The translations under genes and the position numbers were made by a program. A stretch of 64,000 nucleotides of DNA from a virus (taxonomy: Duplodnaviria > Caudoviricetes), in the IMG/VR virus record IMGVR_UViG_3300020037_001957, positions 1 to 64,000 of that record. One strand, 5' to 3'. Below the pieces are notes generated by a model. The model was not told where the DNA came from. It was given only the letters and a program-made list of their open reading frames with translations, and made no database searches. This document shows positions 1 to 10,639 of the stretch, in pieces. How positions within the stretch are numbered: the stretch's first letter is position 1; each line of letters starts with the position of its first letter.

Positions 1-116
1 TCAAACCATATACCAATAGTAGTTGCTTGAGATGGTGTTTTACGCCAAATATAATCTCTGACCCTGCCTTCTAATTCAGCGTCTACAACTTGTCCTATTG
101 AATAGAGTGGTGGCAT
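1..116 (-). CDS. Putative virion structural protein, N-terminal part, truncated by the window edge
   Basis: Hand translation from ATG 116: MPPLYSIGQVVDAELEGRVRDYIWRKTPSQATTIGIWF...; TAATG-coupled to the upstream ORF; lies in the tail gene context. Confidence 0.5.
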   Translation of the reverse strand, partial: MPPLYSIGQVVDAELEGRVRDYIWRKTPSQATTIGIWF

Positions 117-295
117 TATACACTAAATTGACTTTTACCGTATGCGTGTCCCTCTAACTCCATAATGATAGGAGCGTTCTTTTCAATCACTTCGCCACTA
201 GGTAAAGTAACTTTTACTTTGCATTCACAAATTCTTACAGGGGCGTTACCTTCGATAACTAATACTCCCTTTTTACACTCACTACATTTATACAT
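116..295 (-). CDS. Small Cys-containing hypothetical protein (59 aa)
   Basis: Hand translation MYKCSECKRGVLVIEG...VRICECK...; TAATG overlap with the next ORF. Confidence 0.55.
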   Translation of the reverse strand: MYKCSECKKGVLVIEGNAPVRICECKVKVTLPSGEVIEKNAPIIMELEGHAYGKSQFSV

Positions 296-350
296 ATCAA
301 TATTTATTAATTAATACTACCTCAATTCAATGTAATCACGTTGCATAAAA

Positions 351-794
351 TTACGATTCAGTTACGACAAGACTTAACGATGCGAACTGAGGCTGTATAC
401 CTGTTGATACTGAACGAGATGCTGTTAAAGCACCACTATAAAGTATCACCCCTGCCGTTGGATAAGACGAAGTTCCGATACTTACATAAGTAATAGTTTC
501 AGAACCCGAAGTACATTCAGGGAACTGAGCTAAAGCAGTGTTAGATGCGGTATCAGTTACAACAGTCCAACCACCTGCTGAACGAGCAATAGCTACACGG
601 TCATAAGAACCATAAGCACACTCGCTTGTTGTTTGGTCACCCGCTTCACCGGGGTCTGCTGTATGAAGAGCGACATATAAACTACCTGCTGTTGCTGAGT
701 TTTGAATCCCGCCAGCATCACCGATATTGGCTATATCTACGTTATTAAAGAGAAGTTGTAGTAAACTATTCTCAAAACTATTGGATTTCGACAT
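351..794 (-). CDS. Tail-associated virion protein
   Basis: MSKSNSFENSLLQLLFNN...LYVALHTADPGEAG...YDRVA motif, recognised from phage tail-associated proteins. Confidence 0.65.
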   Translation of the reverse strand: MSKSNSFENSLLQLLFNNVDIANIGDAGGIQNSATAGSLYVALHTADPGEAGDQTTSECAYGSYDRVAIARSAGGWTVVTDTASNTALAQFPECTSGSETITYVSIGTSSYPTAGVILYSGALTASRSVSTGIQPQFASLSLVVTES

Positions 795-806
795 GATTTT
801 ATATTT

Positions 807-1154
807 TTATTGTTTAACGTTTACTGATTTAATGTGTCCGAAGTCATCTCGAACTATCTCAAAAGTATATTCTTTCTTTTCAGGTTTTAATGCCTTAATC
901 TCTACAATTAACTCCTTTAACAAATTTACAGTTTCTTTTTGATTCACCTCAGTCTTTTCAACAACAATTTTAGGAGATTGTAAAACTTCTAACTTCTTTG
1001 TTAAAAACTCAACCGCCGTATTCAACTTGTCAAATACCTCAGAGTTATCCGAATCCTGTGGTTTAATAGATTTGATAGCCTCTACCAATTCCTCATGGTG
1101 AGTTTCCATCATATCAAACATGAAATCTTCTCTTTCTTCTTTCTCGTTATCCAT
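807..1154 (-). CDS. Hypothetical protein
   Basis: 115 aa ORF coupled to its neighbours in the virion operon. Confidence 0.6.
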   Translation of the reverse strand: MDNEKEEREDFMFDMMETHHEELVEAIKSIKPQDSDNSEVFDKLNTAVEFLTKKLEVLQSPKIVVEKTEVNQKETVNLLKELIVEIKALKPEKKEYTFEIVRDDFGHIKSVNVKQ

Positions 1155-4032
1155 GAATACAGTCTAATAATTGTTTAAGATTCTCAAATTTCTTTTCAAT
1201 TTTCACTTGCTCATTCTTAACCTTCGTCTTAGTGGTTCTGCCTTTGTAAGTCTTTTCAACCTTTCTGTCTAAAGATTTAGCATCGGTGATTAGATTAAGT
1301 TTTAATGTAGGTTTCTTTACCTTTACTTCTGCTTTAGGCTTTAGGGATTCTCTTGTCTTAGCCACTACATCAATATCAATATCAGCACCTGCCTTATCAG
1401 CTTGGTCAATAATGGCATCTAATTCTCTTTCACTTTGAGCTTTCTTAGCAAGTTTTGTATAATCAACAGTCACTTCCTTCACCTTAGTTTCTTTAGGTTT
1501 AGGGGCAGTCTCAACGGAAGCTTCTTTTGGCTTGTATGAATACTTAGTCATCGTAGCCTCATCGTACAAATTAGAATTGTATATCTTTTGTAAATGATAT
1601 TTATCAGCTTCAGATGGGGTGCTTTTACCCTTTCTGTGTTCTCTGATAAAACTTATAAGCTCTCCCGACTTCTCATTATAAACAGCTACCACTCCCTTTC
1701 TCATAGGATTGCCGTCTCTGTCTTTACTATCAAAATCTAAACGCTTCATTATTACAGGCTCTTCGTAATAGAACTCAGGCTCACCATCTTCATTTAAAAC
1801 AGGATTTCCGCCACGGTCTAAAACTTCCACTCTTTTCTCAGGTAAGTTCTTGTACTTAAAAAAGTCCTTCTCGCCCGTTGCTCTACTTTGAGCAGATTTA
1901 ACCTGCTTATTATCCCCTATGTCAAAAGTTAAAGTTTGATTCTTTCCGCTTCTAACAATAACCTTCATTTGGTTATTAGGCTCTTTCTTTAATTTCTCTT
2001 GAACAATAGCCTTAACCCTTGTTGGATTAGTTTCAGCCATCTTATTCCATCCTAGAGTAGTGAACTTCTCAACAGGACTTCTGTCCATACTGCGAACATT
2101 ATCCACCTCAAAGTCAACTCCCTTATCTTCATCCTTAACCTCTGCTTCCACCGTTACTTTATCAGCAGGTTTGGCAGTCATCTCTCCTAATGTTTTAATG
2201 AGCTGTTTAACACTCTTAGGTCTCTCCTCTTTAGGTTCTATATCCTTAAAAACTTCATCAACATTCTTTTGAGCAGTCTTTGTTTCTGTTTGAATAGTTT
2301 GCCTCTTGATTATTTTAGTTAACTCATCTTGTAATCCCTTAGCTAAATCTTTCTTATCTTTAATTTTAGACCTTCCTATTGGGTCTAACTTGGCTAAATC
2401 ATCAGCCGATATTTCTGCCTCTGATTCTAAGGCTTCAATGTTAAATGATAGTTCAAATATTTCTTTTTTGTCTTTATCTGACAAACTAGGCAAATCCTTA
2501 GTTTGCTCATCGTATTTCTGATAAGCTTTCACTTTAAACACAGCGTGATTATATTCATCCTGCGAGATGCTTCCATTGGACTTAGCTACATCTAAATTCT
2601 TCACCAATTCATCCACCGCTTCAGGACCTTTCTGTACAGTTCTATAAGCATTGGCGCTTTGTTCTTCGTATTTCTTTTTAGCCTGTAAGTTAATAGCTCC
2701 CATAGAAGCCCCACCTACCGCCCCTGCTAATCCACTTTGAATGTACTGAGCAAAGCTTTTAGCATCAAAAGCATTAGTTCCAAATTTAGCTTTATCTTCA
2801 TCACTGAATTTATCCCACAACTGTTCGGCTGACTTACCTACAAAATCCTGTCCAATCTCTTGTCCCGCTTCTTGTAAAATTGTCTTACCGTATTCCTTCA
2901 CTCCTGTCTTAGCAATCTCAGAATAAGCCGAAGCTGTTTCTTTTGCTAAGTCTTTAAATCCTTGTTCTGTTATCGCGCCTGTTGCATCTTTCTCCACACC
3001 TCTCACAATAGTCTTAAACACTTCTTTCTCTCCTTTACCGATTAGATTTCTAAACACTAAAGAATTAATACCAAAACCTGCGTCTATTCCTGCTTGTGCT
3101 GCTGTTTGAACCATTGCAACTGCCCCTGCATCTCTGCCTGTAAGCCCTGCTTCTCTTGCATTATCTAAGTTATCTCCTACCATTTGTAAAGTAGAACCTG
3201 TAAATGCAGTGGCATATTTAGCGCCTTTACTTAGTTGACCTAATTTCTGTACACCTTGCACTCCTTTAGCAACATTACCCGCTGCCCCTGCTCCAGTCAT
3301 AAACGAAGCTGCCGATTCAGCAACACTATTTAATGTTCCCCATAAAGCACTTAGTGATAAATCAAATCTATCCTTACTCACTAAATCACTCCACTCCTTC
3401 ACCCCTTCAGTATCGTACATTGTCTTATTCAATGACTCATCTTTAGTCATCTTCAAAGAATTAATTGCATTGATTGTAGAACCTAACACCTCACTATCAG
3501 AGTCAGTAACTAAATTAGAAGCTAACTGACCCAACTGAGCTACACCTTCCACTCCTCCTAATACACCATTGAATAAGCTTTTACCTAAATCAGTGTACCA
3601 CGAATCATCATTGGCATCCTTTTGAGTGCCCCAAACTGATTGAACGTTTTGTCCTTTCGGCGGCTGCGCTCCATCTTTAAGTTCTTTTGGAATCATTACT
3701 CCATTTACATTTTTAAGGTAGTAAGGATTACCACTTTGCATTGTAGCTATGGATTCTGATATTTGTTCTTTAGTGGCTTTAGGATTAGTCATTACACCTC
3801 TCAGTGCGTCTTTATCCACATCAATCATCCCTCCTTTTGTAAGAGGGTTCTTAGCGATAAATTCAATAGCTTCTTCTACCTTATCTCCATCTTGACCTCT
3901 ACTATACAACTCTTCATTTACAGAAGTAAAAGCGTCCTTATACGGCTGAGATTGTTTTTGAGAATAGGTTTCCCAAGGCTTACCCTCTCCACTAGGCTTA
4001 TTATATTTTTCCCACGGTTTTTCTTCAGGCAT
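1147..4032 (-). CDS. Large putative internal virion / ejection (cargo) protein
   Basis: 961 aa; KPWE repeats at the N-terminus, Gly/Ala-rich amphipathic middle; position among large cargo-like genes. No RNA polymerase DxDGD motif seen. Confidence 0.5.
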   Translation of the reverse strand: MPEEKPWEKYNKPSGEGKPWETYSQKQSQPYKDAFTSVNEELYSRGQDGDKVEEAIEFIAKNPLTKGGMIDVDKDALRGVMTNPKATKEQISESIATMQSGNPYYLKNVNGVMIPKELKDGAQPPKGQNVQSVWGTQKDANDDSWYTDLGKSLFNGVLGGVEGVAQLGQLASNLVTDSDSEVLGSTINAINSLKMTKDESLNKTMYDTEGVKEWSDLVSKDRFDLSLSALWGTLNSVAESAASFMTGAGAAGNVAKGVQGVQKLGQLSKGAKYATAFTGSTLQMVGDNLDNAREAGLTGRDAGAVAMVQTAAQAGIDAGFGINSLVFRNLIGKGEKEVFKTIVRGVEKDATGAITEQGFKDLAKETASAYSEIAKTGVKEYGKTILQEAGQEIGQDFVGKSAEQLWDKFSDEDKAKFGTNAFDAKSFAQYIQSGLAGAVGGASMGAINLQAKKKYEEQSANAYRTVQKGPEAVDELVKNLDVAKSNGSISQDEYNHAVFKVKAYQKYDEQTKDLPSLSDKDKKEIFELSFNIEALESEAEISADDLAKLDPIGRSKIKDKKDLAKGLQDELTKIIKRQTIQTETKTAQKNVDEVFKDIEPKEERPKSVKQLIKTLGEMTAKPADKVTVEAEVKDEDKGVDFEVDNVRSMDRSPVEKFTTLGWNKMAETNPTRVKAIVQEKLKKEPNNQMKVIVRSGKNQTLTFDIGDNKQVKSAQSRATGEKDFFKYKNLPEKRVEVLDRGGNPVLNEDGEPEFYYEEPVIMKRLDFDSKDRDGNPMRKGVVAVYNEKSGELISFIREHRKGKSTPSEADKYHLQKIYNSNLYDEATMTKYSYKPKEASVETAPKPKETKVKEVTVDYTKLAKKAQSERELDAIIDQADKAGADIDIDVVAKTRESLKPKAEVKVKKPTLKLNLITDAKSLDRKVEKTYKGRTTKTKVKNEQVKIEKKFENLKQLLDCIHG

Positions 4033-4035
4033 AAC

Positions 4036-5454
4036 TTATAGTTTTTTCCAACTTGATTGTGACGCAGGGTCTCCGCCTACATATTCATATCCATCTAATT
4101 GTTGTCCAACTCGTAACGATTGAGTTGGGTTAACAGAGCCTTCGCTAAGTTCTCCTGTTAATCTAGCAGGTTGAGCATGAGAGTTATATAACTGTCTTGC
4201 TGTACCGTCATTAGAGTCAATAGGCATCATATAGTCAACTTTTACATAAGTTGGACCGTCTCCGTCTTTAGTTTCTTTTTTACGTCTAACAGCCTTGCCT
4301 AAGAACGCAGCAGAGATTCCGCCATCTTCATCATCACCCGACCATATTCCTGTTTGCTTGGCAACATCTAAAGGAACATTTACATATCCACTTAAATATC
4401 TTCTGCCTTTAGCATCAGTCATATATCTACCATCGTAATTAATTTTCTGTCCCGTTAAATCAACAGCCTGTCCTGAGTTACCTACCACTTTAATCTTAGG
4501 ATTCTCATTCCAAACCTTGTAAGCTAAATCCGTTGGGATGTTCCCCGAAGGTTTATTAGGATTAAACAAGTCATCAAATGGAGTGTAGCCCGAACCTTTA
4601 GGCGCTTCTTTAGGTGCTAAAGCAGCTTTCTTTAATCCATATTCATACCAAAACGTAGGGTCTCCCGGAGCATACTTAGAATCAAATCCCGCGGTTATGT
4701 TATCTGTCAACCATTTGTCTATTTGCTCAGGAGTATTTAATCCTAATTCTTTGGCATGGTATTGAACAGACTTTCCGTTTTGTTTTAAGAAAGAGTCTTT
4801 AATTGCTTTTATCTCATCAGGCTTAGGCATCGTTGTGTATTCCCCCGGCGCTGTTCCTTTTTTAACATCGAAGTTTCTTATCTTATTACCCATCTTCAAT
4901 AAAACATCAGGCACATCTACAATCTCTTGTGGAGGAGTAAACACTAATGGTCTTGCTCCACCATCTCTTTGAACGCCTCCAACTCCATCTTCATGCCCGA
5001 ACTTATCGTAATTTGAAATCTTAATTCTTAAAGCATCAATATCAGCAGGGTCGTATTTTCCTGGGTCTTTTAACGCGTCTTCAAATACAGCGTTATATTT
5101 ATTCAAAGCATCTTTATATGCAACTGAGCGTAACACAGCAGGACTTGACTTCATCCCCTGCTTAATTTGCTTTGCTTGAAGCTGAACATCGGGATTTGTG
5201 AAATAATCGTGAGGGTGAGCCTTTCTAAGCGCTGATAATTGTTGGATGGCTTGATTACCTTCCTCTCTGATTTTAATAGCATCGTATGGATTACTTGCGT
5301 TTTGAAATTCAATGTCATCAGAAAAAAGTTTCTGCTTAGCCATTAATATAGCTTCATTCTGCTTATTTAAAGCATCGAAGTACTTAATGTCATTTATTTC
5401 ATTTTCGTGAGAATTTTTTACGGCTAAGCCGCTCAGTAAGCCAATTTCAGCCAT
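4036..5454 (-). CDS. Putative ejection (cargo) protein
   Basis: 472 aa, hydrophilic and helical; lies between other large cargo-like genes as in crAss-like podoviruses. Confidence 0.45.
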   Translation of the reverse strand: MAEIGLLSGLAVKNSHENEINDIKYFDALNKQNEAILMAKQKLFSDDIEFQNASNPYDAIKIREEGNQAIQQLSALRKAHPHDYFTNPDVQLQAKQIKQGMKSSPAVLRSVAYKDALNKYNAVFEDALKDPGKYDPADIDALRIKISNYDKFGHEDGVGGVQRDGGARPLVFTPPQEIVDVPDVLLKMGNKIRNFDVKKGTAPGEYTTMPKPDEIKAIKDSFLKQNGKSVQYHAKELGLNTPEQIDKWLTDNITAGFDSKYAPGDPTFWYEYGLKKAALAPKEAPKGSGYTPFDDLFNPNKPSGNIPTDLAYKVWNENPKIKVVGNSGQAVDLTGQKINYDGRYMTDAKGRRYLSGYVNVPLDVAKQTGIWSGDDEDGGISAAFLGKAVRRKKETKDGDGPTYVKVDYMMPIDSNDGTARQLYNSHAQPARLTGELSEGSVNPTQSLRVGQQLDGYEYVGGDPASQSSWKKL

Positions 5455-5456
5455 AT

Positions 5457-6296
5457 TTATGCGTATTTAAATGATGTGTTGTTTGTTTTAGTAAACCCTG
5501 ATATTTTTTTACAAAAAGTACTGTGTGGCATATTTATTGATTTTGCTGCAATCTTAGCCGAATCATAATATATCCCTGTTTCGTAATTAAGAACCAATTT
5601 AGATGAACATAAAGTGACTTTTAACTTTGTTTCTTCAGAGTGCTTAAATCCCCTAACGGCATTACCTATTTTCATTCTAGTTTCTTTGCTACAAACCCTT
5701 CCCTTTAAAGAATTTTTCATTTTATTTATAGTTGCCTCTGACATTTTTTTACCAATATTCTTTTCTCTTAAAATCTTTTTAGTTTCATCAGAATGCTTAA
5801 ACCCCCTTCTTGCATTTACCGACTTAATAACGCCTTCTCTTGGCATTTTTCTACCTATACCAAATTCCCTAATTTTATTTTTAGTTTCTTCAGAGTGTTT
5901 CCTGCCTGTAACAATTTTTCTAAGCCGCTCTTTTTGTTCTGGAGTTCGAACCTTTCCAGTTAAAGCTATACTCAATTTTAATTTAGTCTCAGTAGACATC
6001 GCTCCTGTTTTATCGCTAGATTTAGTTAAAATACAATTAAGTCCCCCCTTTCCTAAACAATTATATATTTCTTGATAGTATCTTTCAAGTTCATTAAGCT
6101 CTTCACTAGCACACTCCGTTACGATTTCAAATTTATGTTTATCAAATCCATATTTCTTAAAAGAATTATACAATAGCCAATTAAATCTTTTATAATTATG
6201 CTTATGTGACTTCCATCTTTTTAAAATGTCAGTTGATTGCCCTATATACACTCGTCCTTTAGGGCTTGTTATTTTGTATATTCCTATTTTAACCAT
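5457..6296 (-). CDS. Free-standing GIY-YIG homing endonuclease with NUMOD3-type repeats
   Basis: N-terminal GIYKITSPKGRVYIGQS; repeated (K/R)HSEETKxKI units; C-terminal NUMOD1-like YYDSAKIAAKSI. Confidence 0.92.
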   Translation of the reverse strand: MVKIGIYKITSPKGRVYIGQSTDILKRWKSHKHNYKRFNWLLYNSFKKYGFDKHKFEIVTECASEELNELERYYQEIYNCLGKGGLNCILTKSSDKTGAMSTETKLKLSIALTGKVRTPEQKERLRKIVTGRKHSEETKNKIREFGIGRKMPREGVIKSVNARRGFKHSDETKKILREKNIGKKMSEATINKMKNSLKGRVCSKETRMKIGNAVRGFKHSEETKLKVTLCSSKLVLNYETGIYYDSAKIAAKSINMPHSTFCKKISGFTKTNNTSFKYA

Positions 6297-6302
6297 TAAT
6301 TA

Positions 6303-9300
6303 TTAAACGTTTTGATTTTGAGTTTGGTCATATTGCGCTTTGAACTTATTGTACCTGCGAGTATCAAGTGCGTTTGATAATGCGGCATTAACCAAAGCAC
6401 CTGCGCCCTGTTGGTCCTGCTGCCAAGCTGACATGGTATCCGAAAAAAGTCGACGTTGCATCTCTGATTTAGTTTGAACCATGTTGTTTAAGTCTTGTTG
6501 TCTTGCCATAGCTTGTTCTTGCTTTTGGAGGCGTAGGGCATTATCGCTGATTCTACTCTGTAACTTACGTCCAAAGGCATCATTGATAACACTTCTTTCA
6601 GCTCCTAACATATTAGCTCCACTACCACCTGCCAAATTCCTAGCAGCGAATCTACCTGCGTTTGTTAAAGCAGCGTTCTCTTGGTTTAATGCAGCTTTCT
6701 CTTCTCCTGTAAAGCCAAATTTAGCATTATTACGCGCTGTGGCGACATCACCCGAAGTAGTGGCAATAGCATTAAGATAGTCTTGGTCTAATTTATCTTT
6801 AGGTCTTTTACCTAATTCTTTTAACTTTTTAAATCCAATAGCTCCTTGAACAATAGGAAGTCCATATCCAATAGCGTTATCCGCCAAGCCTTGCCAATCG
6901 AATGATTTACCTTTTGGTTTATCACCTAATGTTGTATCAGCCGCCTTTTGATTAACTGCCATTTGTTCTGTATTAGCAGCCACCATTTGTTCAGGAGTTT
7001 TATTCCCGTACAATGGTTGAGTAGCTATATCTCTTTGTGGTAATTTAATAGACCCTTTAGGTTGTAATACATCCACTTGCTCAATAGCTTTTTGTCCAAT
7101 GGCTGATTTAGCCTTTCCGCTTCCACCGTTATTAGCGGCTGCAATCGCAGCTTTAGCCTTAGCGTCAATGTCAGCATCCACTTGAGAACTAGCAGCGTCA
7201 AATTCAGCTTGCGTCATCTGAGTATTACCATCGCCTTTCTTTAATCCATAATTAAGAGTAGGGAAATCACTTGAAACATACTGAGTTTTATCAGCGGTTA
7301 CAGTAGGATTGTATTTCTCATATTGTGCTTTATAATCTGAAACAGCTTCGTTTATATCATTAAGATATTGCTCTTTAGGCTTAACGGATGCGCTTGTTGA
7401 TTTCTCAGGAGCAGATTCATATTGAGAGTATAGACTTTCAACTTTTTTCTTTTTGGTTTCCAACACCATTGCTCTTTGATTAGCTGTATTCTCAGCTTCT
7501 CTCGCTTGTTTGATTAACTCCGCTTTTTTATTAGCATCTCTTTCCGCTTGTATCTTCGCTTGATTAATAGAGCGAATTTTAGCTTGCTCTTGTTTAATTT
7601 TATTTTGTTGAGCGTTAATGTCTGAAATTATCTTATTTATGTTACCGCCTTTAACACCACTTGGAGGTGTACCCTTGTCATACTTAGGTACTTTTCTTTT
7701 CACTTCGCCTCCGCTTTTAAGTTGTTGCATATCGGGAGATATTTCATTCCCATTAAAATCATAGTATCTTTCTCCTATAACTTTTCCTGTTGAATCTTTA
7801 GTATATTTAATTTGATAATTAGGAGTAGTTACGATTTCGGTAGTTCTCTTAGGAGCTTCTTGAATATTACCGTAATTTCTTTGTGGCAATATTTCTTCTT
7901 CTCCACTCATGTCCATGCTTTTAGAAGGCAAGTAATCTACGCTTTCTTTTTTTGTTAACACATAAGGTTGTGTAGGTTTTGTATATTTAGGATATGTAAC
8001 AGTACCGTTAGAATTACTGTACTCTTCCCACTCTGGCATATTTGCGGCTTTGCTTCTGTTTATAGGATAGGGATTATCGGATTCTCTAAATTGTTCTCCT
8101 CTATCTAACCTATCCCTAACTTCTTTAATATAAGGGATGCTTGTATTATATAAATTAAGACTATCCTTATAAGCCCTTAATCTAGGGTCGTTAGGGTCAG
8201 ACACTTTAATAGGAGGATTTTCTTTCACCCCGCCACCTTTAGCCTTACCCATACCACTCTCTGCATTAGGAGCTAGTTTGGTTAAGTCAATACCATTAGC
8301 TATTAACTCTTGCTTCTCTTCGGGCGAAAACATATATTCACCGTCCGATAACTTAACAGGTGTTTCACCACCTTGATTCAAATTAGCTTTCTTCATCGGT
8401 GCTTTACGAAGCACTTTAGCCGCCAATTCTTTTGCAATAGGAGCATTCTCAGCAGGGACAATAAAAGAATCTGCTTCCACCCTAGCATTAATGCTATCAC
8501 TCTTTGGTCCACCCTTACCACTCACTACACCGCCATCAGCCATCATCCCTATCTTACCTAATGCTTTACCTAAAAAACCTCCGTTTCTTTGTTCGTTAGG
8601 GTCATTAGGAGTAGCGGCAGCGTCAGCCGCCATCATTCTTAATTTATTTGATTGCTTATTGTTATTCTCTTGCTCAAGCTCGTATGGAGAATAAGCTACT
8701 TTAGGTGCTTTTTTAGCAGGGAGAATAATATTATCTTGATATGAAGTATCTCCCGCCTCTCTAGCGGCTAAAGCGTTTTGAACTTTCATATCTCTAGTAA
8801 GCCCGTATTGCTCTTCGTAAGCTTTATTCTCAGCGTCAATCTCCGCTTGTTGTTGTATTCTTGTTGATTCGTTGGCTTTATTTCTTCTATTAGTTTCTCC
8901 TGTGAATTTGTTTGTAAATCCCCAAAAGCCAGTTGTCTTATCTCCCTTACCTAATAAATTAGTAACAGCCCTCATGTTGCTTGTTCCTAATAACACCTCC
9001 TTAGCAACACCTCCAACACCTTCTCTTTTGTAGTCATCAATCATGTGTTCATGTTGAGGCTTCATCCACTCGTCGGCAGCCAATCCTGAATCAGTTTTTA
9101 CGTTTCCGTATTCATCTTTTTTAAGTTGTTTTCTGCCTAAATTTGAAAGCCCTTTTGCAGCAGCATACCAAGGTGTTAACGAAGATGCTGTTGCGTCAAC
9201 TGTGTTTGTTAGATTTTTTTCATTTGCCCGTTCCGTTTCACTCTTAGTGAAATCTTCAGGCTCTTGATAAACAGAATTACTATACCCTAAAAGCGCAGCC

Positions 9301-9911
9301 CCTCCTGTCTTTGTCGCTCCTGCTATTTTAGCGTTACGAGCATCATTTTGTCTTGCGTTAGCCCTATCAATAGCTGCTTGATAAGTATTTCCTCCTTCAG
9401 CATATCCCTTAACCTTACCTCCATTTTTGTATTGGATTACTTCAGGTTTTTTCATTCCATTGAAGCCTTCAACCTTCATCGGGTCAATAGGCATTACTTT
9501 TGGAGCTACAACAGTGTCTTGAACAACAGTTTGTTTAGGCTCAGATAAATCACCAATATTTTGTAAAGCATAACCCATCTGCCCCGACTCATCGGGACGC
9601 TCGTTATACATATAATAATTATTTCCTTTTTTATAAACAGCGTCCTTGCCTTTAATAGTTCCTGAATAATAATCAAAACCTTGTGTTCCTAATACTTCAG
9701 GCACTAACGATGTAAGGTCTGTTGTGTATAGGTTATCGCCCGTCCCTAAAGGCTTGTCGAGCATAGATTGATACTTAGCTCTGTCAATAGTTGTAGGTTT
9801 GATTTTCTTTTTATCAGGCTCGCCCTTAATCAAATTAACTGAGCGATTGTAAGCAGGAACTTTAGGCATGATGTATATGTTTGATAAGTTCAAATATACT
9901 GAAACTTTCAA
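6303..9911 (-). CDS. Large putative ejection (cargo) protein; true start probably ATG 9869
   Basis: About 1200 aa with repeated xxGG motifs (KNGGKV, YAEGG, ADGG, KSGGEV), a GPKSDSI..LSDGEY module and coiled coils. Confidence 0.55.
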   Translation of the reverse strand: MKVSVYLNLSNIYIMPKVPAYNRSVNLIKGEPDKKKIKPTTIDRAKYQSMLDKPLGTGDNLYTTDLTSLVPEVLGTQGFDYYSGTIKGKDAVYKKGNNYYMYNERPDESGQMGYALQNIGDLSEPKQTVVQDTVVAPKVMPIDPMKVEGFNGMKKPEVIQYKNGGKVKGYAEGGNTYQAAIDRANARQNDARNAKIAGATKTGGAALLGYSNSVYQEPEDFTKSETERANEKNLTNTVDATASSLTPWYAAAKGLSNLGRKQLKKDEYGNVKTDSGLAADEWMKPQHEHMIDDYKREGVGGVAKEVLLGTSNMRAVTNLLGKGDKTTGFWGFTNKFTGETNRRNKANESTRIQQQAEIDAENKAYEEQYGLTRDMKVQNALAAREAGDTSYQDNIILPAKKAPKVAYSPYELEQENNNKQSNKLRMMAADAAATPNDPNEQRNGGFLGKALGKIGMMADGGVVSGKGGPKSDSINARVEADSFIVPAENAPIAKELAAKVLRKAPMKKANLNQGGETPVKLSDGEYMFSPEEKQELIANGIDLTKLAPNAESGMGKAKGGGVKENPPIKVSDPNDPRLRAYKDSLNLYNTSIPYIKEVRDRLDRGEQFRESDNPYPINRSKAANMPEWEEYSNSNGTVTYPKYTKPTQPYVLTKKESVDYLPSKSMDMSGEEEILPQRNYGNIQEAPKRTTEIVTTPNYQIKYTKDSTGKVIGERYYDFNGNEISPDMQQLKSGGEVKRKVPKYDKGTPPSGVKGGNINKIISDINAQQNKIKQEQAKIRSINQAKIQAERDANKKAELIKQAREAENTANQRAMVLETKKKKVESLYSQYESAPEKSTSASVKPKEQYLNDINEAVSDYKAQYEKYNPTVTADKTQYVSSDFPTLNYGLKKGDGNTQMTQAEFDAASSQVDADIDAKAKAAIAAANNGGSGKAKSAIGQKAIEQVDVLQPKGSIKLPQRDIATQPLYGNKTPEQMVAANTEQMAVNQKAADTTLGDKPKGKSFDWQGLADNAIGYGLPIVQGAIGFKKLKELGKRPKDKLDQDYLNAIATTSGDVATARNNAKFGFTGEEKAALNQENAALTNAGRFAARNLAGGSGANMLGAERSVINDAFGRKLQSRISDNALRLQKQEQAMARQQDLNNMVQTKSEMQRRLFSDTMSAWQQDQQGAGALVNAALSNALDTRRYNKFKAQYDQTQNQNV

Positions 9912-9923
9912 ACAATTTCATAC

Positions 9924-10217
9924 TTATTTTTCAACCTTCTTGGTAAACTCGTTTTGAAGTAGACTAATGGCATTTTTATACTCAGGAAGTAAATACTCTT
10001 GATATTTTTGTTTATTAATATTACCGTAAGATTTTGATATTGAATCAATGTCATAAGCATCTATTCCCCCAATATATTTACTAAGTAATATTTTCGATGA
10101 GTCTATTGATGGATTAAACGCAACTTCAACCGTATAAGATAAAATTTCATTCATCCAACGTTTTCTTGCTAGTTGTTTAGCTTTCTTAACCTTTCTAGGG
10201 ATTCTTTGCCTTTTCAT
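9924..10217 (-). CDS. Hypothetical protein (accessory cassette)
   Basis: 97 aa; basic N-terminus MKRQRIPRKVKK. Confidence 0.55.
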   Translation of the reverse strand: MKRQRIPRKVKKAKQLARKRWMNEILSYTVEVAFNPSIDSSKILLSKYIGGIDAYDIDSISKSYGNINKQKYQEYLLPEYKNAISLLQNEFTKKVEK

Positions 10218-10639
10218 TTGTTGAAATATTTAATAAAGTAGTCTTTTGTGCGGATATTTATACAGGCGGTGGAGAAATAAGTTTCATCAAAAGATACATA
10301 ATCAAATTCTACCTTCTCTAAAAGCTTAGGATTGGATATTTCCCAACCGAAGTCTTGGTACACCTCTAGCATATCTCCATCTACAAATCCAAAGGTTATA
10401 GACTTCCATTCTGTATGGTTATGCTTAGTGCATGACACTGTTAGATGATGGGTGTCGGAGATAGAATCGTGAGCAATAGAAATGTATATCGTATCGAGCT
10501 TACCGCAACTGAACTTCATTTTTTGCGGGTAATCCCTGTTTTGAGAATGGCAGGTAGCCGCCACCACCAAAAAGAATAGGATGAAGAATAAAGCTAATGC
10601 CTTTCTGTTACTTCTCTCTTTATAGTCTGATTGTTTCAT
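10214..10639 (-). CDS. Putative exported protein
   Basis: Hydrophobic N-terminal segment ALALFFILFFLVVAATC. Confidence 0.55.
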   Translation of the reverse strand: MKQSDYKERSNRKALALFFILFFLVVAATCHSQNRDYPQKMKFSCGKLDTIYISIAHDSISDTHHLTVSCTKHNHTEWKSITFGFVDGDMLEVYQDFGWEISNPKLLEKVEFDYVSFDETYFSTACINIRTKDYFIKYFNK

